Source of the DNA: an uncultured Candidatus Saccharibacteria bacterium
GTDB lineage: Bacteria; Patescibacteriota; Dojkabacteria; SC72
NCBI GenBank assembly: GCA_964618765.1
Contig: CAZUDZ010000003.1
Span: forward strand, 18,553-82,552
Length of the DNA: 64,000 nucleotides
Direction of reading: 5' to 3'
Shown: piece after piece, positions 1-8,825 of the stretch
Layout: the number at the start of each line of letters is the position of its first letter
Numbering within the stretch: position 1 is the stretch's first letter
The notes under the pieces: model-generated
The model's database searches: none
Told to the model about the DNA's origin: nothing
Seen by the model: only the letters and a program-made list of their open reading frames with translations
Translations under genes and position numbers: made by a program

Positions 1-29
1 GAAGTTAAAAGTTAAAAGTAGTATTTCTT

Positions 30-887
30 TTATAGCAATTTCTCAATCAAATCTTTTAACTCTTCTCTAGTATTGTATCGTATTACTACCTTTCCTCCTT
101 TAGTCATTTTGGTGATGTTTGCAGTATATCCAAGCTTCTTACTAAGCATTTCTGAGTATTTCTCTGTCTCTTTATCACTCTTCTTCCAACTTTTAGTTGT
201 AGAACCTTTACCATAATTAATTTTTCTAACTAAAGCCTCTGTTTCTCTAACACTCATTGCTCTCTTAACTACTAAATCAGCAGCAGCTATTAGGGATGTC
301 TCATCTTTAAGACCTAAGAGTGCCCTCGCATGTCCTTCTGTTAGTTTTTCATTAAGTACATCCTCTTTCACTTCATCAGGGATTAACAGTAGGCGGATTT
401 TGTTTGTAATTGTAACTCTGTTTAATCCTACTTTCTTTGCAATATCATCTTGAGATACTCCAAATTCCTCTATCATCTGTTGAAAAGCAAATGCTTCTTC
501 CAAAGGATTGAGATCTTTTCTTTGAATATTCTCAATTAAAGCCAATTCTAGCATTTCCTGAGGAGAGCTATCTTTAATGACAATGGGTACTGTTTTAAGG
601 CCTGCTAACTGGGCAGCTCGCAGTCTTCGTTCTCCTGCAATGAGGAAATATTTCTCTGACTCTTTATCTTTCGTAATTATTAGGGGTTGGATCACTCCTT
701 TCTCTCTTATTGAATCTGCTATCTCAATTAATTCTTCTGGATCTATATGCATTCTTGGTTGGAAAGGATTAGGCTCTATTAAGGAGATGTCGAAATTTGC
801 ATGATATGCGCTACTAGAGTTATCTATCTGTTTTGCATCTATCAATGCTGCTAGACCTTTTCCTAATCTGGGTGTATTTTTGTCCAT
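30..887 (-). CDS. parB: Chromosome partitioning protein ParB/Spo0J
   Basis: ParB N-terminal motifs (GKGLAALI, LIENIQR-like) and an HTH region; sits directly downstream of parA. Confidence 0.85.
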   Translation of the reverse strand: MDKNTPRLGKGLAALIDAKQIDNSSSAYHANFDISLIEPNPFQPRMHIDPEELIEIADSIREKGVIQPLIITKDKESEKYFLIAGERRLRAAQLAGLKTVPIVIKDSSPQEMLELALIENIQRKDLNPLEEAFAFQQMIEEFGVSQDDIAKKVGLNRVTITNKIRLLLIPDEVKEDVLNEKLTEGHARALLGLKDETSLIAAADLVVKRAMSVRETEALVRKINYGKGSTTKSWKKSDKETEKYSEMLSKKLGYTANITKMTKGGKVVIRYNTREELKDLIEKLL

Positions 888-908
888 GGTATTTTTTTAA
901 GTAATAAT

Positions 909-1703
909 TTAAACAACAAACTTTTTTACAAATTCTTTAGCTAATTTTTTGTATGCTAAAGCTCCTGTAGATCTATCATCGTACTGAAATATTGTTTTTC
1001 CGTAGGATGGTGCCTCCGAGAGTCTGACATTTCTAGGAACTATTGTACTGAAGGCTGTTTCTTTAAAGAATTCTTTCACATCACTTACAACATTCTCTGA
1101 AAGTTTTGTTCTACTATCATACATAGTTAATATGACTCCTCCAATTACTAATTTAGGATTAATACCTTTAATTAGTTTAGTGGTTTCCATCAGTTGTCCT
1201 AATCCTTCGAGTGCAAAGTATTCACACTGGATGGGGATTAGCAGATAGTCTGAGGCACTAAGTGCATTTATGGTAAGCAGTCCTAGTGAGGGAGGGCAAT
1301 CAATGATTATATAGTCGAAATCTTCATTCATTTTAGAGAGGGCTTTTTTAAGTAGAGATTCCCTAGTTAACATATTTACCATTTCTATCTCAGCTCCTGC
1401 TAAAGAGAGATGAGAGGGGACCAGAAAGAGATTTTCAGTAGAGGTAGATACAAATACAGTAGAAAGAGGTTCTCCTTCTACAAGTACATTGTAAATGCTC
1501 TTGTATGGGGCTTCGTCTGAGGAATTCCAGCTTTGCTTATCAAATTGTTGTGTAAATCCAAGTCCTGAGGAAAGGTTAGATTGCGGATCCATGTCAATAA
1601 CTAGAGTTTTCTTCTTCCTCATAGCTAAGCTAGCAGCGAGATTCATAGCTGTCGTGGTCTTTCCAACCCCGCCTTTTTGATTTGCTATTACGAATACTTT
1701 CAT
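909..1703 (-). CDS. parA: Chromosome partitioning ATPase ParA/Soj
   Basis: Deviant Walker A KGGVGKTT in 'IANQKGGVGKTTTAMNLAASLA'; adjacent to parB. Confidence 0.9.
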   Translation of the reverse strand: MKVFVIANQKGGVGKTTTAMNLAASLAMRKKKTLVIDMDPQSNLSSGLGFTQQFDKQSWNSSDEAPYKSIYNVLVEGEPLSTVFVSTSTENLFLVPSHLSLAGAEIEMVNMLTRESLLKKALSKMNEDFDYIIIDCPPSLGLLTINALSASDYLLIPIQCEYFALEGLGQLMETTKLIKGINPKLVIGGVILTMYDSRTKLSENVVSDVKEFFKETAFSTIVPRNVRLSEAPSYGKTIFQYDDRSTGALAYKKLAKEFVKKFVV

Positions 1704-1735
1704 CTTTTTACTCTATCATGTTTCACAAATGATAT

Positions 1736-2344
1736 CTACAGGTTTGGGTACTCTTGGTGATGGACTATTCTAAATTCGGAAAAAGGGAAATACACAATCC
1801 ATGCCTTCCCTTTAATACTTTTCTCTTCTATTGTCCCAAATACTCGAGAGTCAGAACTGTTTGGTCTATTGTCACCACAAACAAAGTATTCACCCTCTGG
1901 AACGCTCTTAGATTCTCCCTCCTTAAGAAAATCCCCACCTTTGGTATATATTGATTGATCTAAATATTCTGATTCATCCAAAAGATTCCCATTAATGTAT
2001 AGTTGTCCATCTTTTAACATTACGCTGTCTCCAGGTAGAGCTACAATCCTTTTAATGAAATCTTGAGTCTCGGAATATTTAAAAATTATCACATCTCCTC
2101 TTTGTGGTTCTTTAAGTCTGTAGGTAACCTTGTTTGCCATCAGGTACTCTCCATTTTTGTATGTAGGGTGCATTGAGTTTCCAATGACCTCATGAGGTGT
2201 CATAACAAAGATGTATAGGACGATGGAGATAACCAATGCCACAACAACTGTTTCTAGGAAAGAAAGTATGAATTTACCAGCAGAGGCAAATACAGAAGAT
2301 ATTTTTTGTGTAGGAGTTTCTTCCTGATCATCCTTTTCGTACAT
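1736..2344 (-). CDS. lepB: Signal peptidase I
   Basis: N-terminal TM helix, 'GNSMHPT' Ser box, 'IKRIVALPGD' Lys box, 'GDNRPNSSDSR' box E. Confidence 0.85.
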   Translation of the reverse strand: MYEKDDQEETPTQKISSVFASAGKFILSFLETVVVALVISIVLYIFVMTPHEVIGNSMHPTYKNGEYLMANKVTYRLKEPQRGDVIIFKYSETQDFIKRIVALPGDSVMLKDGQLYINGNLLDESEYLDQSIYTKGGDFLKEGESKSVPEGEYFVCGDNRPNSSDSRVFGTIEEKSIKGKAWIVYFPFSEFRIVHHQEYPNL

Positions 2345-2462
2345 ACCGTGTAGTTAGAACTAAATTATTCTAAAAGCTCTGTAACAATAGTAATGGAAAA
2401 AAAGAAATTATGCAATTAAGTGTCCTTTTTAGTCTTCCAAGGCGTAAATTTGGATATACTCT

Positions 2463-2535
2463 TACCGCTACGGGGAATCGAACCCCGGTTTACAGGATGA
2501 AAACCTGTTGTCCTGAACCACTAGACGATAGCGGC
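2463..2535 (-). tRNA. tRNA-Glu(TTC)
   Basis: Manually folded cloverleaf: acceptor GCCGCTA/TAGCGGT, anticodon stem ACAGG/CCTGT with loop TTTTCAT, T-arm CGGGG-TTCGATT-CCCCG. Confidence 0.8.
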
Positions 2536-2576
2536 ATAACCAGAAGATTTTACTATAATTAACTATTTTTGTGAAG

Positions 2577-2816
2577 CTAAAGAGATTTTAGATTGTTAAG
2601 GGCTTTTAAAATCTGTTGTTCTTCTGCAAAGGTTCCTCTTTGATACTGATTTGTTTGCTTATCAAAAACATATCTTCTTCCACACTTGCACTCTACCATA
2701 ACTCTGTTATCAGAGAGGTCTCCTAGTTTCTTAGCCTTATCTAATGGGTATGTACATCCTACACACAATCTTTTTTCTAGAAGTATATTTTGGAATGGTC
2801 TTATTATTTTTTTCAT
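2577..2816 (-). CDS. Hypothetical small zinc-ribbon protein (CxxC...CxC)
   Basis: 79-aa ORF between two tRNAs; four Cys spaced as in a zinc ribbon; no recognisable family. Confidence 0.4.
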   Translation of the reverse strand: MKKIIRPFQNILLEKRLCVGCTYPLDKAKKLGDLSDNRVMVECKCGRRYVFDKQTNQYQRGTFAEEQQILKALNNLKSL

Positions 2817-2841
2817 AGTATATATCTATTTTATGTATCTA

Positions 2842-2926
2842 TGCCGAAGAGAGGACTCGAACCTCCACGGGGTATTTCCCCACATGCTCCTAAGGCATGC
2901 GTGTCTGCCAGTTCCACCACTTCGGC
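2842..2926 (-). tRNA. tRNA-Leu(TAG)
   Basis: Class II tRNA with a long variable arm (GGGGAAATACCCC); anticodon stem CATGC/GCATG with loop CTTAGGA. Confidence 0.8.
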
Positions 2927-2993
2927 TAAGTGCAGGTAACATTTTACTAAATATTAGTTTTTTTTAATAGGGCAAAGCGTTTGTGGCAAATTA

Positions 2994-3287
2994 TTAACTC
3001 TCCTCTATACCACCGAAAATCTCTCCATATACCTTAACATATCCGTTCTCAGTATGGGGAGCGTTCTTAATTGCTTCCTCCTGTGTTAATCCTTCCTCAG
3101 GGGTATCTTCTCTTAAACTGTCAAAAGAGATTCTCTTTTTCATAGGCTGTACATTAGAAGTATCCATTTCTTGTAAAACAGAAGCTGATTCCAAAATAGT
3201 CTCCATTTGTGCTGGGAATTTCTCTAACTCTTTCTCAGTAAGTTCTATTTTAGAAAGCTCTGCAATATGTTTTACATCTATTTTCAT
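2994..3287 (-). CDS. gatC: Asp/Glu-tRNA amidotransferase subunit C
   Basis: 97 aa; 'VKHIAELSKIELTEKELEKF' start and a C-terminal 'NAPHTENGYVKV' GatC-like end; 4-nt overlap with gatB. Confidence 0.75.
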   Translation of the reverse strand: MKIDVKHIAELSKIELTEKELEKFPAQMETILESASVLQEMDTSNVQPMKKRISFDSLREDTPEEGLTQEEAIKNAPHTENGYVKVYGEIFGGIEES

Positions 3288-4795
3288 TTTTCTAATTCTT
3301 TTAATAAAATACTCCTAACTCTATTGGGGTCTGCAGTTCCCTTAGTAGCTTGCATAACCTGTCCTACTAGGAATCCTAAGGATGCTTTTTTTCCTTCTTT
3401 GTAATCTTTAACTGCTTTAGAATTATCTTTAATACTCTGCTCTACAATGTCTTCTATATTGTCTGAGATATCTTCCTTCTGTTTTAAAATTTTCTCTAGT
3501 TCTTTTGATATATTACTGTTTTTCTCAATACAGCTTTTCAGTAACTCTTCTGCCTTGTTTTTTGTAATAGAGCCTTTCTTAAATTCAAGTATTAACAGTG
3601 TAAGATCTTTTATATCAACATCCAGATTGCCTGTGGCAAATACAGTTCCCATTAACCAGTTAGAAGCTTCTAGGGCAGCATCCTTTGCACTTAACTGCTT
3701 ACTTAATTCTTTTTGTAACTTCTCAAAGTAAATGGCATTCTCTTTGGTAGAAGATATGACTTCTGCTGCATAGTTAGATATCTGCCACTTTTCTACATAC
3801 CTTTTAATTTTCTCATTTGGGAGCTCTATTAATTCCTCTGATATTCGTTCAATGTCCTTAGGAGATATCTTAATAATTGGGATGTCAGGGTCTGGCATAT
3901 ATCTGTAATCGTCTGCTGTTTCTTTACTGCGTTGGAACTCAGATATTCCTTTCTGTGCATTCCAGCCTCTTGTTTGTTGCTTTATTTCTTTTTCTTGCTC
4001 TAGCTCCTTAATGATTCTTTCATATTCATACTGTATGGATTTTTCTACCGCCGTTATTGATCCAATATTCTTTATCTCAACTTTCGAGTTTAATTTGTAA
4101 TCTCCTATGGGTAAGATCTGCCCATCTTTGTATTCCCATTTTCCTTTCTCTTGTAGAGATATGTTTGGTTCACATCTCATTTGACCTTTCTCCATGTCAG
4201 CATCTGAGATACCTAAATATCTTACAATCTTTCTTATTTCAGTAGCAAAATCTTTAGCATCTTCGGCACTTCTAATGCATGGTTTAGTAACTATTTCGAT
4301 TAAAGGAATACCTGATTTGTTGTAATCGATGAGGGAGTACTCTTTGCCTGTTTCTACCTCTGTATGGTGTGTAGACTTCCCAACATCCTCTTCTTGATGG
4401 ATTCTCTCGATCTCTACTTTCACTCCTGAAGGTACTTCCACATATCCATCTGAAGCTATTGGTCTTTTGTACTGACTAATTTGATATCCTTTGGGTAGAT
4501 CAGGGTAGAAGTAATGTTTCCTGTCAAAGTTAATCTCATTGTCAATATCACAATGAGTAGCTACTCCTGCTAGTATACATAGCTCTATGGCTCTCCTGTT
4601 TGGTACAGGTAGTGCACCAGGTAATCCTAGGCATACGGGGCACACGAGAGTGTTTGGCTCTTTCTGAAAATATCCAGTAGAGCAGGAGCAGAACATTTTA
4701 GATTCGGTCTTTGTTTGTATGTGTATTTCTAAACCAACGATTAAATCATATTTAGAATTCATATTTTCGAAGTTATGGATATTCTTTTTTGACAT
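3284..4795 (-). CDS. gatB: Asp/Glu-tRNA amidotransferase subunit B
   Basis: GatB/GatE catalytic-domain motifs 'GLEIHIQ', 'CSCSTGYF', 'CPVCLGLPGALPVPN' and 'HYFYPDLPKGYQISQ'. Confidence 0.9.
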   Translation of the reverse strand: MSKKNIHNFENMNSKYDLIVGLEIHIQTKTESKMFCSCSTGYFQKEPNTLVCPVCLGLPGALPVPNRRAIELCILAGVATHCDIDNEINFDRKHYFYPDLPKGYQISQYKRPIASDGYVEVPSGVKVEIERIHQEEDVGKSTHHTEVETGKEYSLIDYNKSGIPLIEIVTKPCIRSAEDAKDFATEIRKIVRYLGISDADMEKGQMRCEPNISLQEKGKWEYKDGQILPIGDYKLNSKVEIKNIGSITAVEKSIQYEYERIIKELEQEKEIKQQTRGWNAQKGISEFQRSKETADDYRYMPDPDIPIIKISPKDIERISEELIELPNEKIKRYVEKWQISNYAAEVISSTKENAIYFEKLQKELSKQLSAKDAALEASNWLMGTVFATGNLDVDIKDLTLLILEFKKGSITKNKAEELLKSCIEKNSNISKELEKILKQKEDISDNIEDIVEQSIKDNSKAVKDYKEGKKASLGFLVGQVMQATKGTADPNRVRSILLKELEK

Positions 4796-4821
4796 GATGT
4801 AATATTATCAATTTAACCTAG

Positions 4822-5892
4822 CTATATCAATTCTTCATCCTTTGGAGTCATCTCTTTCGTTAATATGTAGAAAGTGCCTCTTCCTCTACCTTTCTGTTTA
4901 ATATATTTCTTCTCTACCATATCTTGTAGGTCTCTGTAGGATGTCATAAAGGAGATCCCCATCAGTTTTGTATACTTACTTCTGTTTACTTTCTGATTCA
5001 GTTCTAAGTAATCAAGAAGTTGTATTTGCCTTTGGTTAAGATGTAATTCTAAGGAACCCTGTTTCTTAACTTTACTATTGTAAGTCTCTTTAAAGTCTCT
5101 GCTAACTTCTCTTACCGTAAGAGAGCAGGTGTAAAGGAATGCTTCTAGGAATGTTGTTAAATCCAATTTGCTTTTAGAGAGCTTAAAAGCAGAGAGAATA
5201 TCTTCAGATATATTTTCAATGCTTACAAAGAAGGGAACAATGTTATTAGGATTGTAACCGTACTTTTTTGTTAATGTCTCTAGAAGAAGGATCGCAGTTA
5301 TCTGGTTGCCACAAAGGAATGGAGCTTTATCTATGAATTCATACAGTAAAATTCCAACTTTGATTAATTTGTGATTATTATCTTTCCCGTTCTCAATCCA
5401 ATCAAGTAGCTCATTAAAATGACTTGCCATATCTAAGTTGGGATAGAAATCTCTTGCCTTGTACCAAGTATCATATATCTCATTTGGTTTCTCAGAGAAA
5501 TTTCTTATTTTAGCAAGATCCCATTCATCCACCAAATTTTTCATCACCAACTTATTTATATGTGCAGCTAGATCTACAGAGGGTTTTAAAGAGTTGCTGT
5601 CGTTATATGATTTAACAAAATCTTTAGCATTTCTAAAGTTTGTAAAAAGCTTTAGATCCTTTTTCTGAGAGGGCATTTCTTGACCTCTTTGAATTAGTAA
5701 AGCTTGGTTATACCCTATTCCATTGCCAACAAGTTCACCTAGTTTGTGAGTATCCTGTGCACCGTACTTTTCTTCTAGGGGAGTTCTGTGTTTCTCTGGG
5801 AGTCTTATATTCTTAAGGTTATTTATATTTAATTCATATTTGACTATGTAATCAAGTAGGAGATTTGTTAATGTATATTTAGGTGTTTTCAT
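4822..5892 (-). CDS. Fic/DOC family protein with degenerate active-site motif and C-terminal wHTH
   Basis: 'APFLCGNQITA' sits where the Fic motif HPFx(D/E)GNGR is expected (only GN retained); C-terminal 'GRGRGTFYIL' winged-helix signature. Confidence 0.5.
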   Translation of the reverse strand: MKTPKYTLTNLLLDYIVKYELNINNLKNIRLPEKHRTPLEEKYGAQDTHKLGELVGNGIGYNQALLIQRGQEMPSQKKDLKLFTNFRNAKDFVKSYNDSNSLKPSVDLAAHINKLVMKNLVDEWDLAKIRNFSEKPNEIYDTWYKARDFYPNLDMASHFNELLDWIENGKDNNHKLIKVGILLYEFIDKAPFLCGNQITAILLLETLTKKYGYNPNNIVPFFVSIENISEDILSAFKLSKSKLDLTTFLEAFLYTCSLTVREVSRDFKETYNSKVKKQGSLELHLNQRQIQLLDYLELNQKVNRSKYTKLMGISFMTSYRDLQDMVEKKYIKQKGRGRGTFYILTKEMTPKDEELI

Positions 5893-5928
5893 ATTCAGTA
5901 TTTAGTCGTTTAAGTACATCTTTTTACA

Positions 5929-6001
5929 AGCTGATGGATGGTTTCGAACCATCGACCATTCCCTTACGAAGGGAGCGCTCTACCAACTGAGCTACATCAG
6001 C
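5929..6001 (-). tRNA. tRNA-Thr(CGT)
   Basis: Acceptor GCTGATG/CATCAGC, D-arm GCTC-AGTTGGTA-GAGC, anticodon loop TTCGTAA, T-arm GATGG-TTCGAAA-CCATC. Confidence 0.75.
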
Positions 6002-6074
6002 GAATGTAACAGTATTGTAACACATGAGGTCTTCTCAATCTAGATGTTTTTTGGATATTGATCTATATTATATT

Positions 6075-6575
6075 ATGAATGATATTCTAAAAGGAATAGA
6101 GATGGTTGTTTTTGATCTAATGGGTGTTATTATAACTGATACTAGCTTAGTTGCGAAGGAAGTCCCTTCTCATTCAAGAGTAAAGTTCTTAGATAAATAT
6201 GTAATAGGTAGTAATTTTGAGGACTTTAAAACGCTTTTAAAAGAAAAAAATATTAAGATGAGTATTCTCTCAAATATGCCAGAAAGTTGGGGGAGGTATC
6301 TATGTAGTAAATTCAATCTTGACAAAGATTTTAATCCCATTCTTTTTAGTAGTGTAGTAGGCATATCAAAACCCAATAGAGGAATATTTATTGAGCTTTT
6401 TAAAGAGACAGGAATAAATCCAGAGAAGATGCTTTTTATTGATGATCAACTTAAAAACCTAAAAACAGCTTCAGAATTAGGTATGAAGACGATGCTCTTT
6501 AGTCAAAAGAGTATAAAGGAAGAGAGTTTCTCTCCCGACTATATTATCAGTAGCTTCAAGACAGTATCAGGCTAG
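6075..6575 (+). CDS. HAD-superfamily hydrolase-like protein
   Basis: 'VVFDLMGVIITD' matches HAD motif I but has Met in place of the second Asp; 'ILSN' motif II-like; C-terminal 'FIDDQLKNL' motif IV-like. The ATG at 6075 or 6102 is the more likely start than the track start at 6024. Confidence 0.5.
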   Translation: MNDILKGIEMVVFDLMGVIITDTSLVAKEVPSHSRVKFLDKYVIGSNFEDFKTLLKEKNIKMSILSNMPESWGRYLCSKFNLDKDFNPILFSSVVGISKPNRGIFIELFKETGINPEKMLFIDDQLKNLKTASELGMKTMLFSQKSIKEESFSPDYIISSFKTVSG

Positions 6576-7177
6576 TAGAGTAACTCCTTTACTGTAATAT
6601 TGGTTACCTTTAGGAAGGGATTTGTATCCAAATTAATAGTTCCCCGTCGTTCTTCTTTGGTAAATTCAATTGATCCAGTCATCCATCCTTCCATAGGTTC
6701 GTCAGAAGATCTTGAAGTAATCTCCCAGTTCTTTTCCTCAAGCTCCTGTACATACCATTCCATTATTTCCTCTACGGAGGAATTTACATCTATCTGTACC
6801 TCTATGGAGTAATCATCATAGGAAGATGCTGTTACTATACCTCCAGGTAATGGAATATCTTCAGGAAACTTTTCAGTTACTAGATCTTTCTTTTCTAGAT
6901 CCCCATCTACTTTCTCTTCTGTTGTTTTCTTGTATGTAAAGGAGTCATCTTCATCTGAGAATTCGTAATCTTCTGTAACATCTTCTACCCACTCCTGCCC
7001 CTCTTTTAATGTATCTACTCCTTTGTTAAGTAATCCCTTAACAACGAAGAATGCTGCAGCCCCAAGAGCTATTAAAAGAACAATAACACCAATAACTATG
7101 TAAAGTAATGCATTGGATTTTTTCTTAGGGGATGCTTCCCCTGGTTGGTCTACTTTCTCTTTCTTAACATCTGCCAT
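6572..7177 (-). CDS. Hypothetical membrane-anchored protein with acidic C-terminal domain
   Basis: One N-terminal TM helix (LLYIVIGVIVLLIALGAAAFFVV), then an acidic region; no recognisable family. Confidence 0.4.
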   Translation of the reverse strand: MADVKKEKVDQPGEASPKKKSNALLYIVIGVIVLLIALGAAAFFVVKGLLNKGVDTLKEGQEWVEDVTEDYEFSDEDDSFTYKKTTEEKVDGDLEKKDLVTEKFPEDIPLPGGIVTASSYDDYSIEVQIDVNSSVEEIMEWYVQELEEKNWEITSRSSDEPMEGWMTGSIEFTKEERRGTINLDTNPFLKVTNITVKELLY

Positions 7178-7268
7178 ATTAAAAATACCTTTAAATTTTA
7201 AATAATAGATATACTATTATGACAATATTGTTACATGATATTAATGGGGTGTCAAATAGAGACAGGGA

Positions 7269-7342
7269 AGCGAGAGACGGGATTCGAACCCGCGACCTTC
7301 TCCTTGGGAAGGAGACATTCTAGCCAACTGAACTACTCTCGC
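7269..7342 (-). tRNA. tRNA-Gly(CCC)
   Basis: Acceptor GCGAGAG/CTCTCGC, anticodon stem TCTCC/GGAGA with loop TTCCCAA, T-arm GCGGG-TTCGAAT-CCCGT, discriminator U. Confidence 0.8.
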
Positions 7343-7413
7343 ATATATGAGCATTTTACTAAGAAAAAGGGACTATATCCAGTCCCTTTCTTTTACAAAT
7401 GTGTTTAGAGATA

Positions 7414-7782
7414 TTATTTAGCTAACTCTCTTTTTACCATATTCCAATCTCCACTTAACTGTGTCCCTAACTTTTTAGCTGCAGAAGATGTAACCTGTGC
7501 ATCTTGCTTAAACTCATCTACTACCTCTGCTACGATTCTTTTGTATTTTCCCTCATCTATTTTTTCTCCTGCCTTTTTAACATTCTCTATCTTTTTCTCA
7601 ACCTCTCTCTTTGCATCTTCGTATAGGTCTATGGTTTTCTCTTTTAAATCTATGGCTAAATTCTTGATATCTTCTCGTGTCTCTTCACCTGATTTAGGTG
7701 CTAAAAGAATACCCGCAAGGGCACCACCAAGAGCTCCTAGGAGAAAACCTTTGAAAAAGGATTCTGTATTATTATTCTGCAT
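7414..7782 (-). CDS. YtxH/DUF948-family protein
   Basis: 'FLLGALGGALAGILLAPKSGEETREDIKNL' is the characteristic YtxH N-terminus, followed by helical repeats. Confidence 0.65.
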   Translation of the reverse strand: MQNNNTESFFKGFLLGALGGALAGILLAPKSGEETREDIKNLAIDLKEKTIDLYEDAKREVEKKIENVKKAGEKIDEGKYKRIVAEVVDEFKQDAQVTSSAAKKLGTQLSGDWNMVKRELAK

Positions 7783-7845
7783 AATATGTTTAAAACTAAA
7801 TTTAATTCTAACTACATATTAACGCATACAGAAATATCTGTCCAG

Positions 7846-8190
7846 TTAAGTTTGTAGGAATTTAAGCATGAGATATCCCAATATTATGAATATACTGGGT
7901 ATTAATATTGCTAAGAGAATTGTCCAGAAAGAGTAGGTTTGATTTTCGATCTCTTCAATCTGTTTTCTTTCTAATGTGTCTGCCAAAGTTTTCTGCTCTT
8001 CTTCCTCTCCTTTCTGCTCCTCTTCATCTGCCGTATTCCCTTTTTCTTTTTCAACTATCTTCTCTTCTGCAGTATCTGTTACTTTCTCAGTACTTTGGGC
8101 AAGAGAGAAATTAATTGGTAACAGGAAGAAGATTGAAAGAAGTAAAAAGGTTAGTAGTTTTTTCATGATCATATGGTAGCATATATCCAT
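7846..8190 (-). CDS. Hypothetical secreted acidic protein with C-terminal TM anchor
   Basis: Signal-peptide-like MKKLLTFLLLSIFFLL, an E/K-rich middle and a C-terminal TM helix; the true start is probably the internal MKK (~8166), which would remove the overlap with rnhB. Confidence 0.35.
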   Translation of the reverse strand: MDICYHMIMKKLLTFLLLSIFFLLPINFSLAQSTEKVTDTAEEKIVEKEKGNTADEEEQKGEEEEQKTLADTLERKQIEEIENQTYSFWTILLAILIPSIFIILGYLMLKFLQT

Positions 8191-8820
8191 ATGATATATC
8201 CAGATACAAAATTAGAAGAGAAGTTGTGGAAAGAGGGATACGGGATTGTGTTGGGTCTTGATGAGGCAGGTAGAGGGCCTCTAGCGGGTCCTGTGGTAGC
8301 TGGAGGAGTTGTGATTTCCGATATGAGTCAAGTTATACCCTCTGTAAGGGATAGTAAGAAGATGACGGAGAAGCAGAGGAATGAAGCGTATGAGTTAATC
8401 AAGAGTAATAGTTTGGCGTATGCTGTTGGTATAGTGGGCCCTGGAGAGATAGATGATTTAGGAATACAGAGTGCAGTTCTTAAAGCAATGAGTATTGTCA
8501 TAGAGGTTGTAGAGAGGAAATTAAATAGTAAGGTTGACTATATCATTGCTGATGGAAAGAATATTTTAGATATTGCTAAATATAAAACAGAGAGGATCCA
8601 GCAAGGAGACCTATATCATTACTCGATATCTGCAGGATCTGTATTAGCAAAAGTTACAAGAGACAATATTATGAAGAAATATCATCTTAAGTATCCTAAC
8701 TACGGCTTTGATACGCATGTTGGATATGGTACCAAGAGGCATATGGAAGCATTAAAGAAGTATGGTCCAACAGTAATACACAGAAGGAGTTTTAAACCTG
8801 TAGGAGATCTGTGTGTATAG
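8173..8820 (+). CDS. rnhB: Ribonuclease HII
   Basis: 'GLDEAGRGPLAGPVVAG' RNase HII active-site motif. Confidence 0.85.
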   Translation: MVAYIHMIYPDTKLEEKLWKEGYGIVLGLDEAGRGPLAGPVVAGGVVISDMSQVIPSVRDSKKMTEKQRNEAYELIKSNSLAYAVGIVGPGEIDDLGIQSAVLKAMSIVIEVVERKLNSKVDYIIADGKNILDIAKYKTERIQQGDLYHYSISAGSVLAKVTRDNIMKKYHLKYPNYGFDTHVGYGTKRHMEALKKYGPTVIHRRSFKPVGDLCV

Positions 8821-8825
8821 GGAGG

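Noticed and set aside
577-804. Antisense and short internal ORFs from the six-frame track that lie inside longer, well-supported genes (for example 577-804, 1495-1680, 3447-3731, 29487-30035, 31143-31658, 36016-36324, 38722-39144, 58240-58788 and similar)
   Set aside because: They lie entirely inside confidently identified genes on the opposite strand or another frame, have low-complexity composition and no recognisable motifs. They are treated as spurious.
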